Virus record (IMG/VR): IMGVR_UViG_3300034631_000070 | Coordinates: 1 to 53,186 of that record | DNA length: 53,186 nucleotides | Reading direction: 5' to 3' (one strand) | Source of the DNA: a virus | Taxonomy: Duplodnaviria > Caudoviricetes | Shown here: positions 38,571 to 48,150 of the stretch, in pieces | Layout: each line of letters starts with the position of its first letter | Numbering within the stretch: position 1 is the first letter of the stretch | Notes under the pieces: model-generated | Databases searched by the model: none | What the model saw: only the letters and a program-made list of their open reading frames with translations | What the model was told of the DNA's origin: nothing | Translations under genes and position numbers: made by a program

Positions 38571-38761
38571 TTTAGTTCCAAGTTCCAAGTTCCAAGTTCT
38601 TGTTTTTTAGTTCCAAGTTCCAAGTTCCAAGTTCCAAGTTCTTGTTTTTTAGTTCCAAGTTCCAAGTTCCAAGTTCCAAGTTCTTGTTTTTTAGTTCCAA
38701 GTTCCAAGTTCAGTTCCAGGTTCTTGTTTTTTAGTTCCAAGTTCAGTTCCAGGTTCTTGTT
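38571..38761. repeat. Nested heptamer tandem array: (AGTTCCA)n-AGTTCTT-GTTTTTT, five blocks, 42-bp higher-order unit
   Basis: Read directly from sequence. Confidence 0.95.
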
Positions 38762-38855
38762 GCAACTACTTTCTATTTATTGCTTTACTCTGCGAAAAAA
38801 TCCAGATCCACTGGTACCATTACTACACTAAACTCTAGAATAATTTTCTATCTAC

Positions 38856-39068
38856 ATGAATAATCCAAAATCAAAACCACCTCAAAACAATGCCCAAAAT
38901 CAAGTAGTTACAGAACTAGCGGCAATGCGTCAGGAGTTACAGGAGATTAGGAAAGAAGTCTCTATATTAAGAAAAAACCTGACCAGCTCTGTAGCTTCAG
39001 GAGTTGTCTTAGGCTTCTTAATTATTGCTGGTATTGGTTTAGTTCTCCAGCTTCTCCTAAATCGATAA
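38856..39068 (+). CDS. Small coiled-coil protein with C-terminal TM helix
   Basis: Hydrophobic GVVLGFLIIAGIGLVLQLLL. Confidence 0.65.
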   Translation: MNNPKSKPPQNNAQNQVVTELAAMRQELQEIRKEVSILRKNLTSSVASGVVLGFLIIAGIGLVLQLLLNR

Positions 39069-39095
39069 AATTTAAAATAAGTTCACTAAGTTGTA

Positions 39096-39614
39096 GTGAT
39101 GAACTACGAAGACTTATTTCTGTGGCGCAGTATTTGTGAGCTTTTAGTTGAGAAAAAGGGTTTCGCCGATCCAGACGAAATTCTTTCTGCTGTGCCTGGT
39201 GCTGTCCATCTTATTAGTTTCGATCGCACTCACCGCCAAGCGCTCTGGGATGCTTACAAAATCCAGTTGATTATCTGGGATAATCACCCTCGCAGATACC
39301 AATACCAGGGCTGGAATCTCAAAGGTAACTGGGAATTTAAGATAGATTTTCTGGAGCAAATCTACATCTTTGGCAAAGACCCAGACTTCTTACCTAAGAT
39401 TTGGCTAGAGAAGTGGCAGCGCAAGCAAGAACAAAAGCGCCAGAAAGAAGCCGAAAGAGAAGAGAGGTGGCGACAGTACCACATCAAACGACAGGAAGAA
39501 CAAAACGAGCGTATGCGACAGAGGGTTAAGGAAAACCGCTGCCCTCATTGCGGCATTCCTCAAATCGCTCTGATGCTCGATTGTCTAAACTGCGGCAAAG
39601 CCTACCAAATCTAA
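39096..39614 (+). CDS. Hypothetical protein with C-terminal Zn ribbon
   Basis: CPHCG..CLNCG. Confidence 0.65.
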   Translation: MMNYEDLFLWRSICELLVEKKGFADPDEILSAVPGAVHLISFDRTHRQALWDAYKIQLIIWDNHPRRYQYQGWNLKGNWEFKIDFLEQIYIFGKDPDFLPKIWLEKWQRKQEQKRQKEAEREERWRQYHIKRQEEQNERMRQRVKENRCPHCGIPQIALMLDCLNCGKAYQI

Positions 39615-39940
39615 TACTCCTCTTCCCAAAACTCCTCATCAACAGCTTTAGGAAAGTTCGATTGATTTAGAGGCGCTGATTGAATTCTCGCCTTCTGCTT
39701 TGCATTGCTGCGATTCAAACCCAGCACACCTGGCGGCGTATAAACCACCGTGTCATTAGCATTGAGTCGTCCAATCGCGTTCCCGATCGCCGACGACACC
39801 GCCACAATCAATCCCACTGTCATTGACGCTGACAGCTTCTCCCCCGCCTCAACTTCTTGAACGTAGGGATAGACCGCCGCTGAAACCAAAGACACTAGCG
39901 ACCAAAAGGAAGAGGTAGAAAAGTAATTTTTTACTTGCAT
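39611..39940 (-). CDS. Putative holin
   Basis: Two TM segments, charged tail, coupled to lysin. Confidence 0.6.
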   Translation of the reverse strand: MQVKNYFSTSSFWSLVSLVSAAVYPYVQEVEAGEKLSASMTVGLIVAVSSAIGNAIGRLNANDTVVYTPPGVLGLNRSNAKQKARIQSAPLNQSNFPKAVDEEFWEEEY

Positions 39941-41160
39941 CAGGAGTACTTAATTTCTAAAGGAATAGTGTCGATACCAGCCGACTTCGCCTTGTTCAGC
40001 AGCGGTACGACCAAGGAATCAAATGAGTGCCGATTCTGAACAACAATGCAGCCAGCACTGCCAGGAACGTTGCCATCAAAGTGCAAGCCAATGTCGCTAC
40101 GTCCGTACTCCCGCATTAGGAACGGCAAGATGGGGTAAAACATTCCCTCTACTCCCTTTTTTGGGATGTAGATGCCGTTGGTGCTGATCTGTAGATTCTT
40201 TGCTGGGGGGCAAGGGCCGCGACCGCGACTAGAGAAATTCGATGCACTCTGATAACCGGAAGCACCACTGGTAACAACGACCCTTAAAAGCTGCTGCCCC
40301 GACTCGTTATAGAAGGTGAGATTGCCTAGCAATAACTGAGGCGATCGCCCCAGCTTCATCTCAAACACCGCTAACTTCGGCAAATCCGATGGAGGCGTGA
40401 AGATACTCAAAGGGCGTATAGGGGCATCTCGCCAGCGCTTGGCAAACTCTTCTAAAATCTCACTGTTGGTTTGCGACTGGAGCCATTGCAATGCCGCAGT
40501 CTGGTGAGGTAGATCTTGAAAATATTGAGCTGCCTGGGTCAGTTGAATTGATGCGTTACTATCAAATTTCTGCGGTGAGGTTTCTTCGGGAGCCTCTTTT
40601 AATAGCCACCATATAACAGCCGCTGCGCCTACCTGTTCAGAGCAAGCGTGTTGGTCAAATCGACCATCAGCAACGAATTTGCCTTGCTGATACCAATTTG
40701 TACTACTCCACAAATAAGGAGTAAAAATCTTTTTAGTCCGATATCCAAACCCGTTGTAAAGCTCCAAACGCCAGAGCTGTGCAGCGATATCCCACTGTTG
40801 TGCCTTTTGATGATTCTGCATCATCAAGGCGTCTACGGCAGATTCCTCGAAGCTGTAGCTTATCCCGTTATTGGGAGGCGCGGTTGGTCTCCCCGCAGGC
40901 ACTCTCACAGTCCGACTCTTTAGGGAATCCCCATTGTGAAGATGTGCCTCAGCAAAGCTAGATTCTAGGCTATGTATGATTCCTGGAAAGTACCAGGGCA
41001 TGAGCGGGTTTACCGCCTTCGCAATCTGCTCGTAGCGCTCCCTTCCTTCCTGAATCCTGGTGCAAGTCGATTGGATTCGCCCGATCCAGTTAGAGCGGAT
41101 TTTGATCTCCGCAAACATCTGCTCATATTCCGGACGCAATTCACCCAGTCTGTAAGACAT
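39940..41160 (-). CDS. Putative endolysin: lysozyme-like domain + C-terminal L,D-transpeptidase/Tlde1-like domain
   Basis: IHSLES..HLHNGD.L..E.YNGFGY..PYLWS..GKFVADG; GLHFDGNVPGSAGCIV. Confidence 0.75.
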   Translation of the reverse strand: MSYRLGELRPEYEQMFAEIKIRSNWIGRIQSTCTRIQEGRERYEQIAKAVNPLMPWYFPGIIHSLESSFAEAHLHNGDSLKSRTVRVPAGRPTAPPNNGISYSFEESAVDALMMQNHQKAQQWDIAAQLWRLELYNGFGYRTKKIFTPYLWSSTNWYQQGKFVADGRFDQHACSEQVGAAAVIWWLLKEAPEETSPQKFDSNASIQLTQAAQYFQDLPHQTAALQWLQSQTNSEILEEFAKRWRDAPIRPLSIFTPPSDLPKLAVFEMKLGRSPQLLLGNLTFYNESGQQLLRVVVTSGASGYQSASNFSSRGRGPCPPAKNLQISTNGIYIPKKGVEGMFYPILPFLMREYGRSDIGLHFDGNVPGSAGCIVVQNRHSFDSLVVPLLNKAKSAGIDTIPLEIKYS

Positions 41161-41303
41161 TTATAGAATGAGAATGCAGTTCTTCCCCTCAATCAAACTC
41201 CACAAACCTAGAAATTTTCAGTCTGCGTTTTCTAAATAAGTCTGTCTAAAGGCATACGCCTAAAGAGGGAATAAAATAGAAGTTATCTATCTCCCATCTT
41301 CCT

Positions 41304-41522
41304 ATGCCACCAAAAGCGATCCAGCCAGGACTGCTGGTAGTCCCCAGTCTTCTCAATTTCACCCTGATTCCTGTGCCAGGAAGCCTAACGTCCTACAGAG
41401 TTGTAGAAGCTGACGAGAAGGTGCTATTGATCCAGCAAGTCCATGTATCTTATTTCAGGTCTTCCTCTGATCATTGGCGAGAAGAAAAAAGTATCTTCGG
41501 ACTATCCGAAGATACTGCCTGA
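41304..41522 (+). CDS. Hypothetical protein
   Basis: ORF in otherwise empty gap. Confidence 0.35.
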   Translation: MPPKAIQPGLLVVPSLLNFTLIPVPGSLTSYRVVEADEKVLLIQQVHVSYFRSSSDHWREEKSIFGLSEDTA

Positions 41523-41558
41523 ATACCAAGATCTGGAAGTAGACTAACCAACAGCTCA

Positions 41559-41744
41559 ATGACCAAACGAGTGCAATGGTATGGGTGCCCCTATTGCACC
41601 AGCAGAGATTACATCTCCAGGAAAACTGACGAAATAGATTGTATCCGAATCAGTTTTAAATGTAATGCTTGCCACAAGGAATTTTTCACAGAGCCGTTGC
41701 TGTTTTGGCTTGAAAAACCGCAGTATGACCAAACACAGAATTAA
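41559..41744 (+). CDS. Small Zn-ribbon protein
   Basis: CPYC..CNAC..F.T. Confidence 0.6.
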   Translation: MTKRVQWYGCPYCTSRDYISRKTDEIDCIRISFKCNACHKEFFTEPLLFWLEKPQYDQTQN

Positions 41745-41814
41745 AAGACATTTGTATCTAGAAAGTCACTGGGGAACATAAACCGAACCTCCCTTTGATT
41801 TGATGTGTGGAAGG

Positions 41815-42228
41815 TTACTTCTTATCTAATAGCAAGTGACACCACGCACTTAACTCTAATCCCGCGCCTATAGCGGCAATTTGCGCTGCCTTAACTTCTG
41901 GTAAGGGGATAATTCCCAGTACCCAGAAGGGAAAAAGCACGATCATGAAGTATCCCACACGCCCAAGGGTGCCGAGAAGGACGCTGTGTGAAAGCCGGGA
42001 GCGGTGAGGGACAATTTTTTGATAGGGAATCCACAAAAATTTCAAATAGCCCCAACGAAGAAAGGGGCGGCTGTGGATATCTAAATCGGGAGAAAGCCAC
42101 AGTCCACCTATCAGGTAAGAGATGCCAACTACGATTCCTAATTGGAGTGTTGTCGTTGCCGCTACAGCCCCAGCAACAACCGGACAAGATAGCAAAATAG
42201 CGCGGTCGTGAATGACGCCAGAACTCAT
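41815..42228 (-). CDS. DUF2227-like membrane metal-binding protein (metal-dependent hydrolase-like)
   Basis: MSSG.IHD, LSPDLD, W.PY...PHRS..SH, HLLLD. Confidence 0.85.
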   Translation of the reverse strand: MSSGVIHDRAILLSCPVVAGAVAATTTLQLGIVVGISYLIGGLWLSPDLDIHSRPFLRWGYLKFLWIPYQKIVPHRSRLSHSVLLGTLGRVGYFMIVLFPFWVLGIIPLPEVKAAQIAAIGAGLELSAWCHLLLDKK

Positions 42229-42246
42229 AGATGGTTTAAAAGTTGA

Positions 42247-42900
42247 CTAAGGTTTACGGTCTGTTGGTGGCAGAAAACGACTGACCTTTGCCGCCGCTTC
42301 TTTCGCAGTAACCACGCCATCTCGATCGCTGTCTAGCCCAGCGTTCTGCCGATAGGCAATCGTTCCCCTAGTGAAGAGGCGATAGTTCCCACCGTTGCCG
42401 ACAGCAGCAGGGTAGAGGACAGCCATATAAGTATCGATTAGGGTGTTAAGCTGCCCCTTAAACGGGCGTAGATATCGCTCTACATAATCAAGCTGCTCAA
42501 TTCGGCTCATTCGCGCAAGGGCAGCAGTTGAAGTTCCCAAGCCCCTTGCCGTAGCAGGCATGAACTGAATCAATCCGGTGGCATCAGAGCCTGCTAAGTT
42601 TTTTTTGCTAGGGCTAAAGGAGCCGCCACTCTCAAAATGCATGACTGCAAATAGATATTCAGGTTTGGTTCCCAGGCGATGAGCGATCGCTTGGGTCTTT
42701 TCAACAAATTCCGTATCCGAAGAGATCGCAGAAGGCAAGGTATAGGTTGCCTCTTGGTAAGACTGAGGAATTAAAGAGAATCGTTTCAATACGTTGTGCA
42801 ACGAGTTGAGGGCGATCGCTCCCACTAACCCCAGTAAGATCAAATCGCCCAAATAGTCAGGTGAGGAGTTAGAGCGCCTAGCCCATTGTTTTAGGCTCAT
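42247..42900 (-). CDS. Lytic transglycosylase (SLT-like) with N-terminal membrane anchor
   Basis: VMHFESG, ATGLIQFMP.TA, QLDYVERY, Y.QN.GLD. Confidence 0.88.
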   Translation of the reverse strand: MSLKQWARRSNSSPDYLGDLILLGLVGAIALNSLHNVLKRFSLIPQSYQEATYTLPSAISSDTEFVEKTQAIAHRLGTKPEYLFAVMHFESGGSFSPSKKNLAGSDATGLIQFMPATARGLGTSTAALARMSRIEQLDYVERYLRPFKGQLNTLIDTYMAVLYPAAVGNGGNYRLFTRGTIAYRQNAGLDSDRDGVVTAKEAAAKVSRFLPPTDRKP

Positions 42901-43145
42901 TGCGTATCTTCCATGTATGAGACAAACTCTTCGTCAATGGCATCCCAATCCGGGACACTGTTTTCATCCTGACCCTGCCACTCTGGATGTGCGTGCCATA
43001 TCAGGCGCACAATTCTTAAATTTTCTGGGGAGTAACCCAAGTCCCCCACCATTTCAGGAAACTCGTAATGATGCACCCCTTCAGAGTCTGTATATACCTC
43101 ACAAAAGCCAGTAGACAAAACGGCTTCAACTTCTTTGCTTATCAT
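42897..43145 (-). CDS. Small acidic hypothetical protein
   Basis: ATGA overlaps on both sides. Confidence 0.6.
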   Translation of the reverse strand: MISKEVEAVLSTGFCEVYTDSEGVHHYEFPEMVGDLGYSPENLRIVRLIWHAHPEWQGQDENSVPDWDAIDEEFVSYMEDTQ

Positions 43146-43861
43146 TGACCTTTCCTCACAAAAGCAAAGTAATTTTCAATCAGTGGCGCGGTGTGGGCAC
43201 GATCGGTAATCCTTGCCCCCCAGTTGTCGCCTTGGATTTTGTGAATCTGAGCGTGGACATGATCACCATTACTGCGTCCAGTTGATCCTTGAATCCCCAT
43301 CGCGTGACCCTTAAGCACCTGGTCGCCCTCTCTGACTAAAGGCTTCTCCATGTGAGCTATAAGCCAGCCGTAATCTTTGCCTTCGCAGGCAACCTGCACT
43401 ATTTGTCCTGCCCCTCTGCCCGTTGTTAAGTTGCCACTGACACCTTGAAACCAAACTCGGTTAACAACCCCTGTGCAGGGACTGGGAATCTCTACAGAAG
43501 TTGAACCATTGCGGCTTAGGGTAAAGTCCCAGCTACCAGGGGGAGAGTTATCGATTAGAAATGGGGTAGCCACTTTTAAAGCTTCAAAAGAGGTTGTTTT
43601 AGCCAGTGACGATCCAGTTTCGCTGGTCATTAGCTTGGGCAGTAACTGCGGCGGCGCAGGTACTGGTAAACGAAGTTTGAACGCCAAGACAATTAGCAAA
43701 ACAACTGCGATAAATCCCTTCAGACTACCGACTTCTTCTTGAGCATGGTGACGGGCGATCGCGCTAATCGCTTCCTCCAGCGTCTTCTCCGAAGGAAACC
43801 CATTGGGGTAGTCCCGCCGAAGCTGCTCAATTATCTCCTCACTCGTTATTCGGCGGGGCAT
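43142..43861 (-). CDS. M23-family peptidase with TM anchor
   Basis: WDF, G.GQ.V, IAHM, V.EGDQV.KG..MG.QGSTGRSNGDHVH; likely start MPRRIT. Confidence 0.88.
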   Translation of the reverse strand: MPRRITSEEIIEQLRRDYPNGFPSEKTLEEAISAIARHHAQEEVGSLKGFIAVVLLIVLAFKLRLPVPAPPQLLPKLMTSETGSSLAKTTSFEALKVATPFLIDNSPPGSWDFTLSRNGSTSVEIPSPCTGVVNRVWFQGVSGNLTTGRGAGQIVQVACEGKDYGWLIAHMEKPLVREGDQVLKGHAMGIQGSTGRSNGDHVHAQIHKIQGDNWGARITDRAHTAPLIENYFAFVRKGQ

Positions 43862-44220
43862 GGAACATCCTCCATCTTTAAAGTCCCGCCCAAATCCTTT
43901 GCGGTTTTGGCTAGCGAGGTCTGGTAAGTTTTGCAATCAATTTTTGTCTGCTCTGCTTCACTGGTGCCAGCAGACAACGGAATCACGCGACCGTGAGGAG
44001 TTTTAGGGGCGGGACGATCTAGCCCCTTATCGTTGCTGAGGTAGGGTGAATCAGGAATAGCCTCTATTGATTGATAAATCCTCTGCGCTGTGGCTTTGGC
44101 TTCATCAATTCCTTTGAGCATTCCTACCATCTTTGTCAAAGACGGGAGTATGTTTGTCCAGACCAAGAAGCAAAATACTCCAAAGCAAGCCGAAAGGTTC
44201 CAAATCGTCCGCCCCATCAA
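43846..44220 (-). CDS. Membrane-anchored hypothetical protein
   Basis: N-terminal hydrophobic helix; two C-terminal Cys. Confidence 0.6.
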   Translation of the reverse strand: MMGRTIWNLSACFGVFCFLVWTNILPSLTKMVGMLKGIDEAKATAQRIYQSIEAIPDSPYLSNDKGLDRPAPKTPHGRVIPLSAGTSEAEQTKIDCKTYQTSLAKTAKDLGGTLKMEDVPCPAE

Positions 44221-44226
44221 ATCCTC

Positions 44227-44673
44227 CTAGAGTTCGTCAAGGGTGACAATGCCATCGCCGTTACGGTCTTGGCTGACCACGCCGCCACCGTTAATCTGGG
44301 CAGAGCGCAAGGACGCACTGACCGGATTGACGCTACTCTCAAAAGAGCGCACAGGCTGTACGCTCCCCTGACCAATCGAGTTAACTGAGCTAGGTAGTGT
44401 AGGTAGAGGAACCTCAAATCGAAGCTTCCCACCTGTACCAGAATCAAGGCTGCTAGCATCTTTTCCATTGCGAAAAGCTGGAAAAGTTCCCATGATGAAC
44501 TCGTGCAATCCTCCGGAGATTGCCGCACCAGCATTCCGCCCCACATCCTGTGGGCGTGATACATCTCCGTCAGGCTTGAGGCTGCGAGTAATCAGTCCAC
44601 CCGCAAATTGGCCACCACCGTAAATAACTATTGCGGTTCCTAAAAGTAATCCAGCAATTCCTTTTCCGTCCAT
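44227..44673 (-). CDS. Membrane-anchored/secreted protein with terminal EF-hand-like loop
   Basis: N-terminal hydrophobic helix; DRNGDGIVTLDEL. Confidence 0.65.
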   Translation of the reverse strand: MDGKGIAGLLLGTAIVIYGGGQFAGGLITRSLKPDGDVSRPQDVGRNAGAAISGGLHEFIMGTFPAFRNGKDASSLDSGTGGKLRFEVPLPTLPSSVNSIGQGSVQPVRSFESSVNPVSASLRSAQINGGGVVSQDRNGDGIVTLDEL

Positions 44674-46103
44674 TACTCTTCATCCTTTTCTAGTCGTTGT
44701 TTTGCGATCTCAACAGCATTCCTCCAGGCGTCCGCGACAAACCTTGCATACCTAGGCGATCGCGGGCCATAAGGAACACCGAAGCCCTGACAGACTTCCT
44801 CTTTCAGCGGCGATTTTATCTCCCCTGCCACGAAGCGGTAGGCAAGGGTTTCAAGCCACTGTTTCTTTTCAGAAGTCCAAATACTTTTCCACCAAGCTAG
44901 GTCTGCATCTTGGGGCTGCTTGGTTTTGATTTCCCAGGTAGGAGCCATTGAAAGATCTGGAATGACTTGAATGGTTGCTCCCCTGCCCGGAATTTGAACA
45001 CAGGCGACTCTTACTTTCTGCTTGAGTAAGGTTCCTGCTTCTTGGGCAAGTTCCTTGGCTTTGCTCTTAGAGAGCCTGAGCAACGCATCCGAGTCTGCTG
45101 CATCATCTCCACAGATCGCTAGAGCCATATTGCGCCGTGTATCCTCGCTGATGTCCGCTTCGCCAACTGCTAGGGCTTGTCCAGAGAGCAAGAACTTCCA
45201 TCCATAGCCAGCGGATTCGTAAAGGAATTTGGCTAACAATCGGCTAAACTCGCCGTCCTTTCCTTTCCCGCCATTACAAGCTTTGGCGGTGGAGTTGAGT
45301 TCGTCGATCAAAATAATGCGCTTGGGCTTGTTAATCCCCAGCTCTTTGCGTCTTTCTAGCTCCTCGTCTTCTGCTAAGAAGGCTGCCATGATATCTTCCG
45401 GCTTGCGCTGCACGTAGCTGCGAGGCAGGCGCATCCAGTCGTTCTTCCGGCCTGTTACTGGGTCAGGTTTGAGATAGTGAATATCCCAAATCCGAAGTTC
45501 CACGTTTGAATCTGCTTTGAGAATTTCTTTCAAAATCCAGAGCATCAAAAAGGTTTTTCCTGCTCTTGTACGCCCCGCGATCCAGGCGTGAGGCGCTTTG
45601 AGAAATTCCTTAAGCCAAGTTACAGCAAGGGTCTTTTTCTCCAGAGCCGTTTTTACCTGGGCTGGTGCAGTGTTAAGCCAGACAACCTCAGCGGTTTTCT
45701 TTCCTCTCAGAACAGCCCAAGACAGACCGCCAGCGATCGCCGTCCCCAGCGACTCGTTAAAGATTTGCCCCGTGATGATTGCTGTTTCTGCAAAGTCTTT
45801 TCTAAAGGCATCAGGGCGCAAATCAATTAGGGCATTGCCTGCACCATCGTCGGCGCTGAGGATTAACCCAGCCATAAGAATAGAGCTACCCATCATAATC
45901 AGGTAAAATTCCCGGTTCCGGATGGGGTTTTTACCATGATCAATCTGGTAGCCAGCCTGAGCCTGATTGAGGTACGGATGAAATCCGCCGATGTAGCTTT
46001 CACTTTTGAGCGAAACTCCCCAAAACGTCACAGCGCTAGCTATAGAAGCAACAAAGCCAAGAATGGCGAGGTGCTTTGCTTGGTATCTATTTGGGTAAGC
46101 CAT
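44673..46103 (-). CDS. Membrane-anchored FtsK/HerA-superfamily P-loop ATPase
   Basis: Two N-terminal TM helices, HAWIAGRTRAGKT, ILIDE, FLLSGQ. Confidence 0.85.
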   Translation of the reverse strand: MAYPNRYQAKHLAILGFVASIASAVTFWGVSLKSESYIGGFHPYLNQAQAGYQIDHGKNPIRNREFYLIMMGSSILMAGLILSADDGAGNALIDLRPDAFRKDFAETAIITGQIFNESLGTAIAGGLSWAVLRGKKTAEVVWLNTAPAQVKTALEKKTLAVTWLKEFLKAPHAWIAGRTRAGKTFLMLWILKEILKADSNVELRIWDIHYLKPDPVTGRKNDWMRLPRSYVQRKPEDIMAAFLAEDEELERRKELGINKPKRIILIDELNSTAKACNGGKGKDGEFSRLLAKFLYESAGYGWKFLLSGQALAVGEADISEDTRRNMALAICGDDAADSDALLRLSKSKAKELAQEAGTLLKQKVRVACVQIPGRGATIQVIPDLSMAPTWEIKTKQPQDADLAWWKSIWTSEKKQWLETLAYRFVAGEIKSPLKEEVCQGFGVPYGPRSPRYARFVADAWRNAVEIAKQRLEKDEE

Positions 46104-47112
46104 TGTCTTTTTCTTCCGGCTTAGGTGAGGCAGAAGGTTGTGGAGGTACAGCCTCAGAATCAGAAATGCCCAGCTCTCTCAACTTTTGCTCGTGAGTGCG
46201 GCGTCGGACAACTGCACCAAGCCGCCACATATCAGCCATGTGTCGATTCAACTCGGCTGGGCGGATAGTCTCCTGGACTACGTTATTAGCGGATGGGCGC
46301 GACGGCAACGGACGAAGAGCAACCCCAGAGCGCTCCATTGCTTTGATTAAGTCATAGGATGAGGGGCAGGCATACTCGCTGCTGGCGCATACAGCCTCAA
46401 TAGCCATTGCTGCCTGTTCCTCTATTTCAGGATTGTTATTAGGAATTTCAACATCCCAGATGATCCGCAGGGCATCTAGCACAGCGAAACTATCAGCGAG
46501 TAGCGGCAGAAGAGTTTTCTGATGAGCAGCAGTGCCGCTAAATTCACCAGAGTTGATCAGCAGTTTTTGCTGTTCTTGAACTTGCCGATACACTTCTCTC
46601 AGCAAAGTAATATCTCTGGGAATGCTATTTCCTTCCAGCTCTTTCTGAGACTTGCTCAACATAAAAGCCCTACGGGCATTCTTAGCATTGTCTACCAAGC
46701 TCTCTGTTTCTAGAAGTGCCAGTCCCAGCGCTTCGTCCCTAGCTTGAGTAGTAGCGTCGATTTGTAATGAGGGAATTTCAATTTCAGCAGGGGAAGTAGA
46801 AGGAGTAGGAGTCGGCTGCTGAGTTTGAGGCTCTTGAACTTGAACGTTTTGGAGCTGCTTAACTTCCCGCTGAGGGCGGTTAAGCAGAATGCTGCTGACA
46901 ATCCCCAATCCCGCAAGTCCTACTAGTACAGTGAAAATTCGACGGCGATTAACGTCTTTCGCCTTCAGTGCTGAATCTACAAGTTCTTTGTGTTGAGAAG
47001 TAACGTCAACGGGTTCTTGTTCTTCTGGTTGAGGTTTTCCATTACTTTGAGCAGAAACCTCTTCCTCTTCCTGCGGCTCCCAAATTTCAAATCCTTCAAA
47101 CCCTCCCATCAT
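46087..47112 (-). CDS. Bitopic membrane protein
   Basis: RRR + TM helix, Q/P/T linker, helical domain. Confidence 0.7.
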   Translation of the reverse strand: MMGGFEGFEIWEPQEEEEVSAQSNGKPQPEEQEPVDVTSQHKELVDSALKAKDVNRRRIFTVLVGLAGLGIVSSILLNRPQREVKQLQNVQVQEPQTQQPTPTPSTSPAEIEIPSLQIDATTQARDEALGLALLETESLVDNAKNARRAFMLSKSQKELEGNSIPRDITLLREVYRQVQEQQKLLINSGEFSGTAAHQKTLLPLLADSFAVLDALRIIWDVEIPNNNPEIEEQAAMAIEAVCASSEYACPSSYDLIKAMERSGVALRPLPSRPSANNVVQETIRPAELNRHMADMWRLGAVVRRRTHEQKLRELGISDSEAVPPQPSASPKPEEKDNGLPK

Positions 47113-47150
47113 GGCAAAAGCCTCGGTTGCAAATAGCGGTTGTTTGGTTG

Positions 47151-47185
47151 CAGGCTCAACATGGAAAAATCAGTGGTTGAGCCTG
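47151..47185. other. Intergenic stem-loop
   Basis: CAGGCTCAAC/GTTGAGCCTG perfect 10-bp arms. Confidence 0.55.
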
Positions 47186-47203
47186 GTTGCTGGTTGTTAG
47201 ATG

Positions 47204-47539
47204 CTACGAACCCAGGCGATTCTGGCCCGATAGCGCTGCGTAGGCTTCCGAAAGCCTTGCTGCTTGCTCTGGCTCTATTTCAGAGCGCTGAAGTTGCATC
47301 AAGATAGCTTCCTCTGGGGTTGTTGGAATCTTCCGCTTTCCCAGAAACTCAGCCACCAGCAGGGTAGCGGCGGAAGCTAATCCAGCCCCCGTTCCTATTT
47401 GGTAGGCGATCGCCATCATTCGCTCTTCGGAAACAGACTTTTCCAATGCAGGCAAGACTAGGAGCTGCATCGCAACAGCACTGCCTACAACTCCCGTCGC
47501 TGCTACACCTAATGCTTTTACTAAGAGGTTCACGAACAT
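47204..47539 (-). CDS. Two-TM membrane protein
   Basis: Two hydrophobic helices. Confidence 0.7.
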   Translation of the reverse strand: MFVNLLVKALGVAATGVVGSAVAMQLLVLPALEKSVSEERMMAIAYQIGTGAGLASAATLLVAEFLGKRKIPTTPEEAILMQLQRSEIEPEQAARLSEAYAALSGQNRLGS

Positions 47540-47553
47540 TCTCCTTTGGAGTT

Positions 47554-48150
47554 CTAGGCAGTTGCAGAGGAGGGTGCCTTCTCTGAAGCCGCGCCCTCTA
47601 GCGTCCTCGCATCGGTCGAGAAACCATCTAGTAAGTTTCCCTCGTCATACCCAAGGATGTTTCCTAGCAGGCACGCTTCCACGAGTCGCTCTGATTGACG
47701 GACTTTTTCCTTGACTTCTGGGGAGTGAAAATTCCCCGTTGCCAGATATTGGGCAGTGCGGACGTTTTTGGTGATAACTAGTCCTGCCGCCTGTTTCTCA
47801 GCACTGCGATCGATTAGTGCAAGCTGATCTTGCCGCATTTCCTCGGCAGTCTTGGCACCTTCCTCATTGATTTTTTCCGTATAAGCCTGCGTCTTAGAAT
47901 TTGCCGTGACAGCCCGTTCTCCGGCACGGTAACGTTTAATTGCTTCACCTGGCTCTCTAATACTTTGGGCAGTCATTAAGGAATCGATCTCATCAATCTC
48001 TTTACACTGGTTTTTTGTGAACGGCTCAGAGGCTCCAATACCCTCTGCGATTGCCTTTCCACGAGCCTTAGAAACAACCTTTTTACCTTGAAACAGTTGA
48101 GCAATCGTCGTCATAGCTTTCCTCGGTGAAATTATATTTATTGCCGCCAC
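47554..48150 (-). CDS. Hypothetical helical protein
   Basis: Long co-oriented ORF; start may be ATG at 48114. Confidence 0.6.
   Translation of the reverse strand: MAAINIISPRKAMTTIAQLFQGKKVVSKARGKAIAEGIGASEPFTKNQCKEIDEIDSLMTAQSIREPGEAIKRYRAGERAVTANSKTQAYTEKINEEGAKTAEEMRQDQLALIDRSAEKQAAGLVITKNVRTAQYLATGNFHSPEVKEKVRQSERLVEACLLGNILGYDEGNLLDGFSTDARTLEGAASEKAPSSATA

Noticed and set aside
38569-38740. ELGTWNL-repeat N-terminal extension of ORF 37817..38740
   Set aside because: Translation of the DNA repeat stays open only because the unit is 42 bp; ATGATG at 38568 is the more plausible start
38571-38761. CRISPR array
   Set aside because: No unique spacers, built from heptamers, no cas genes
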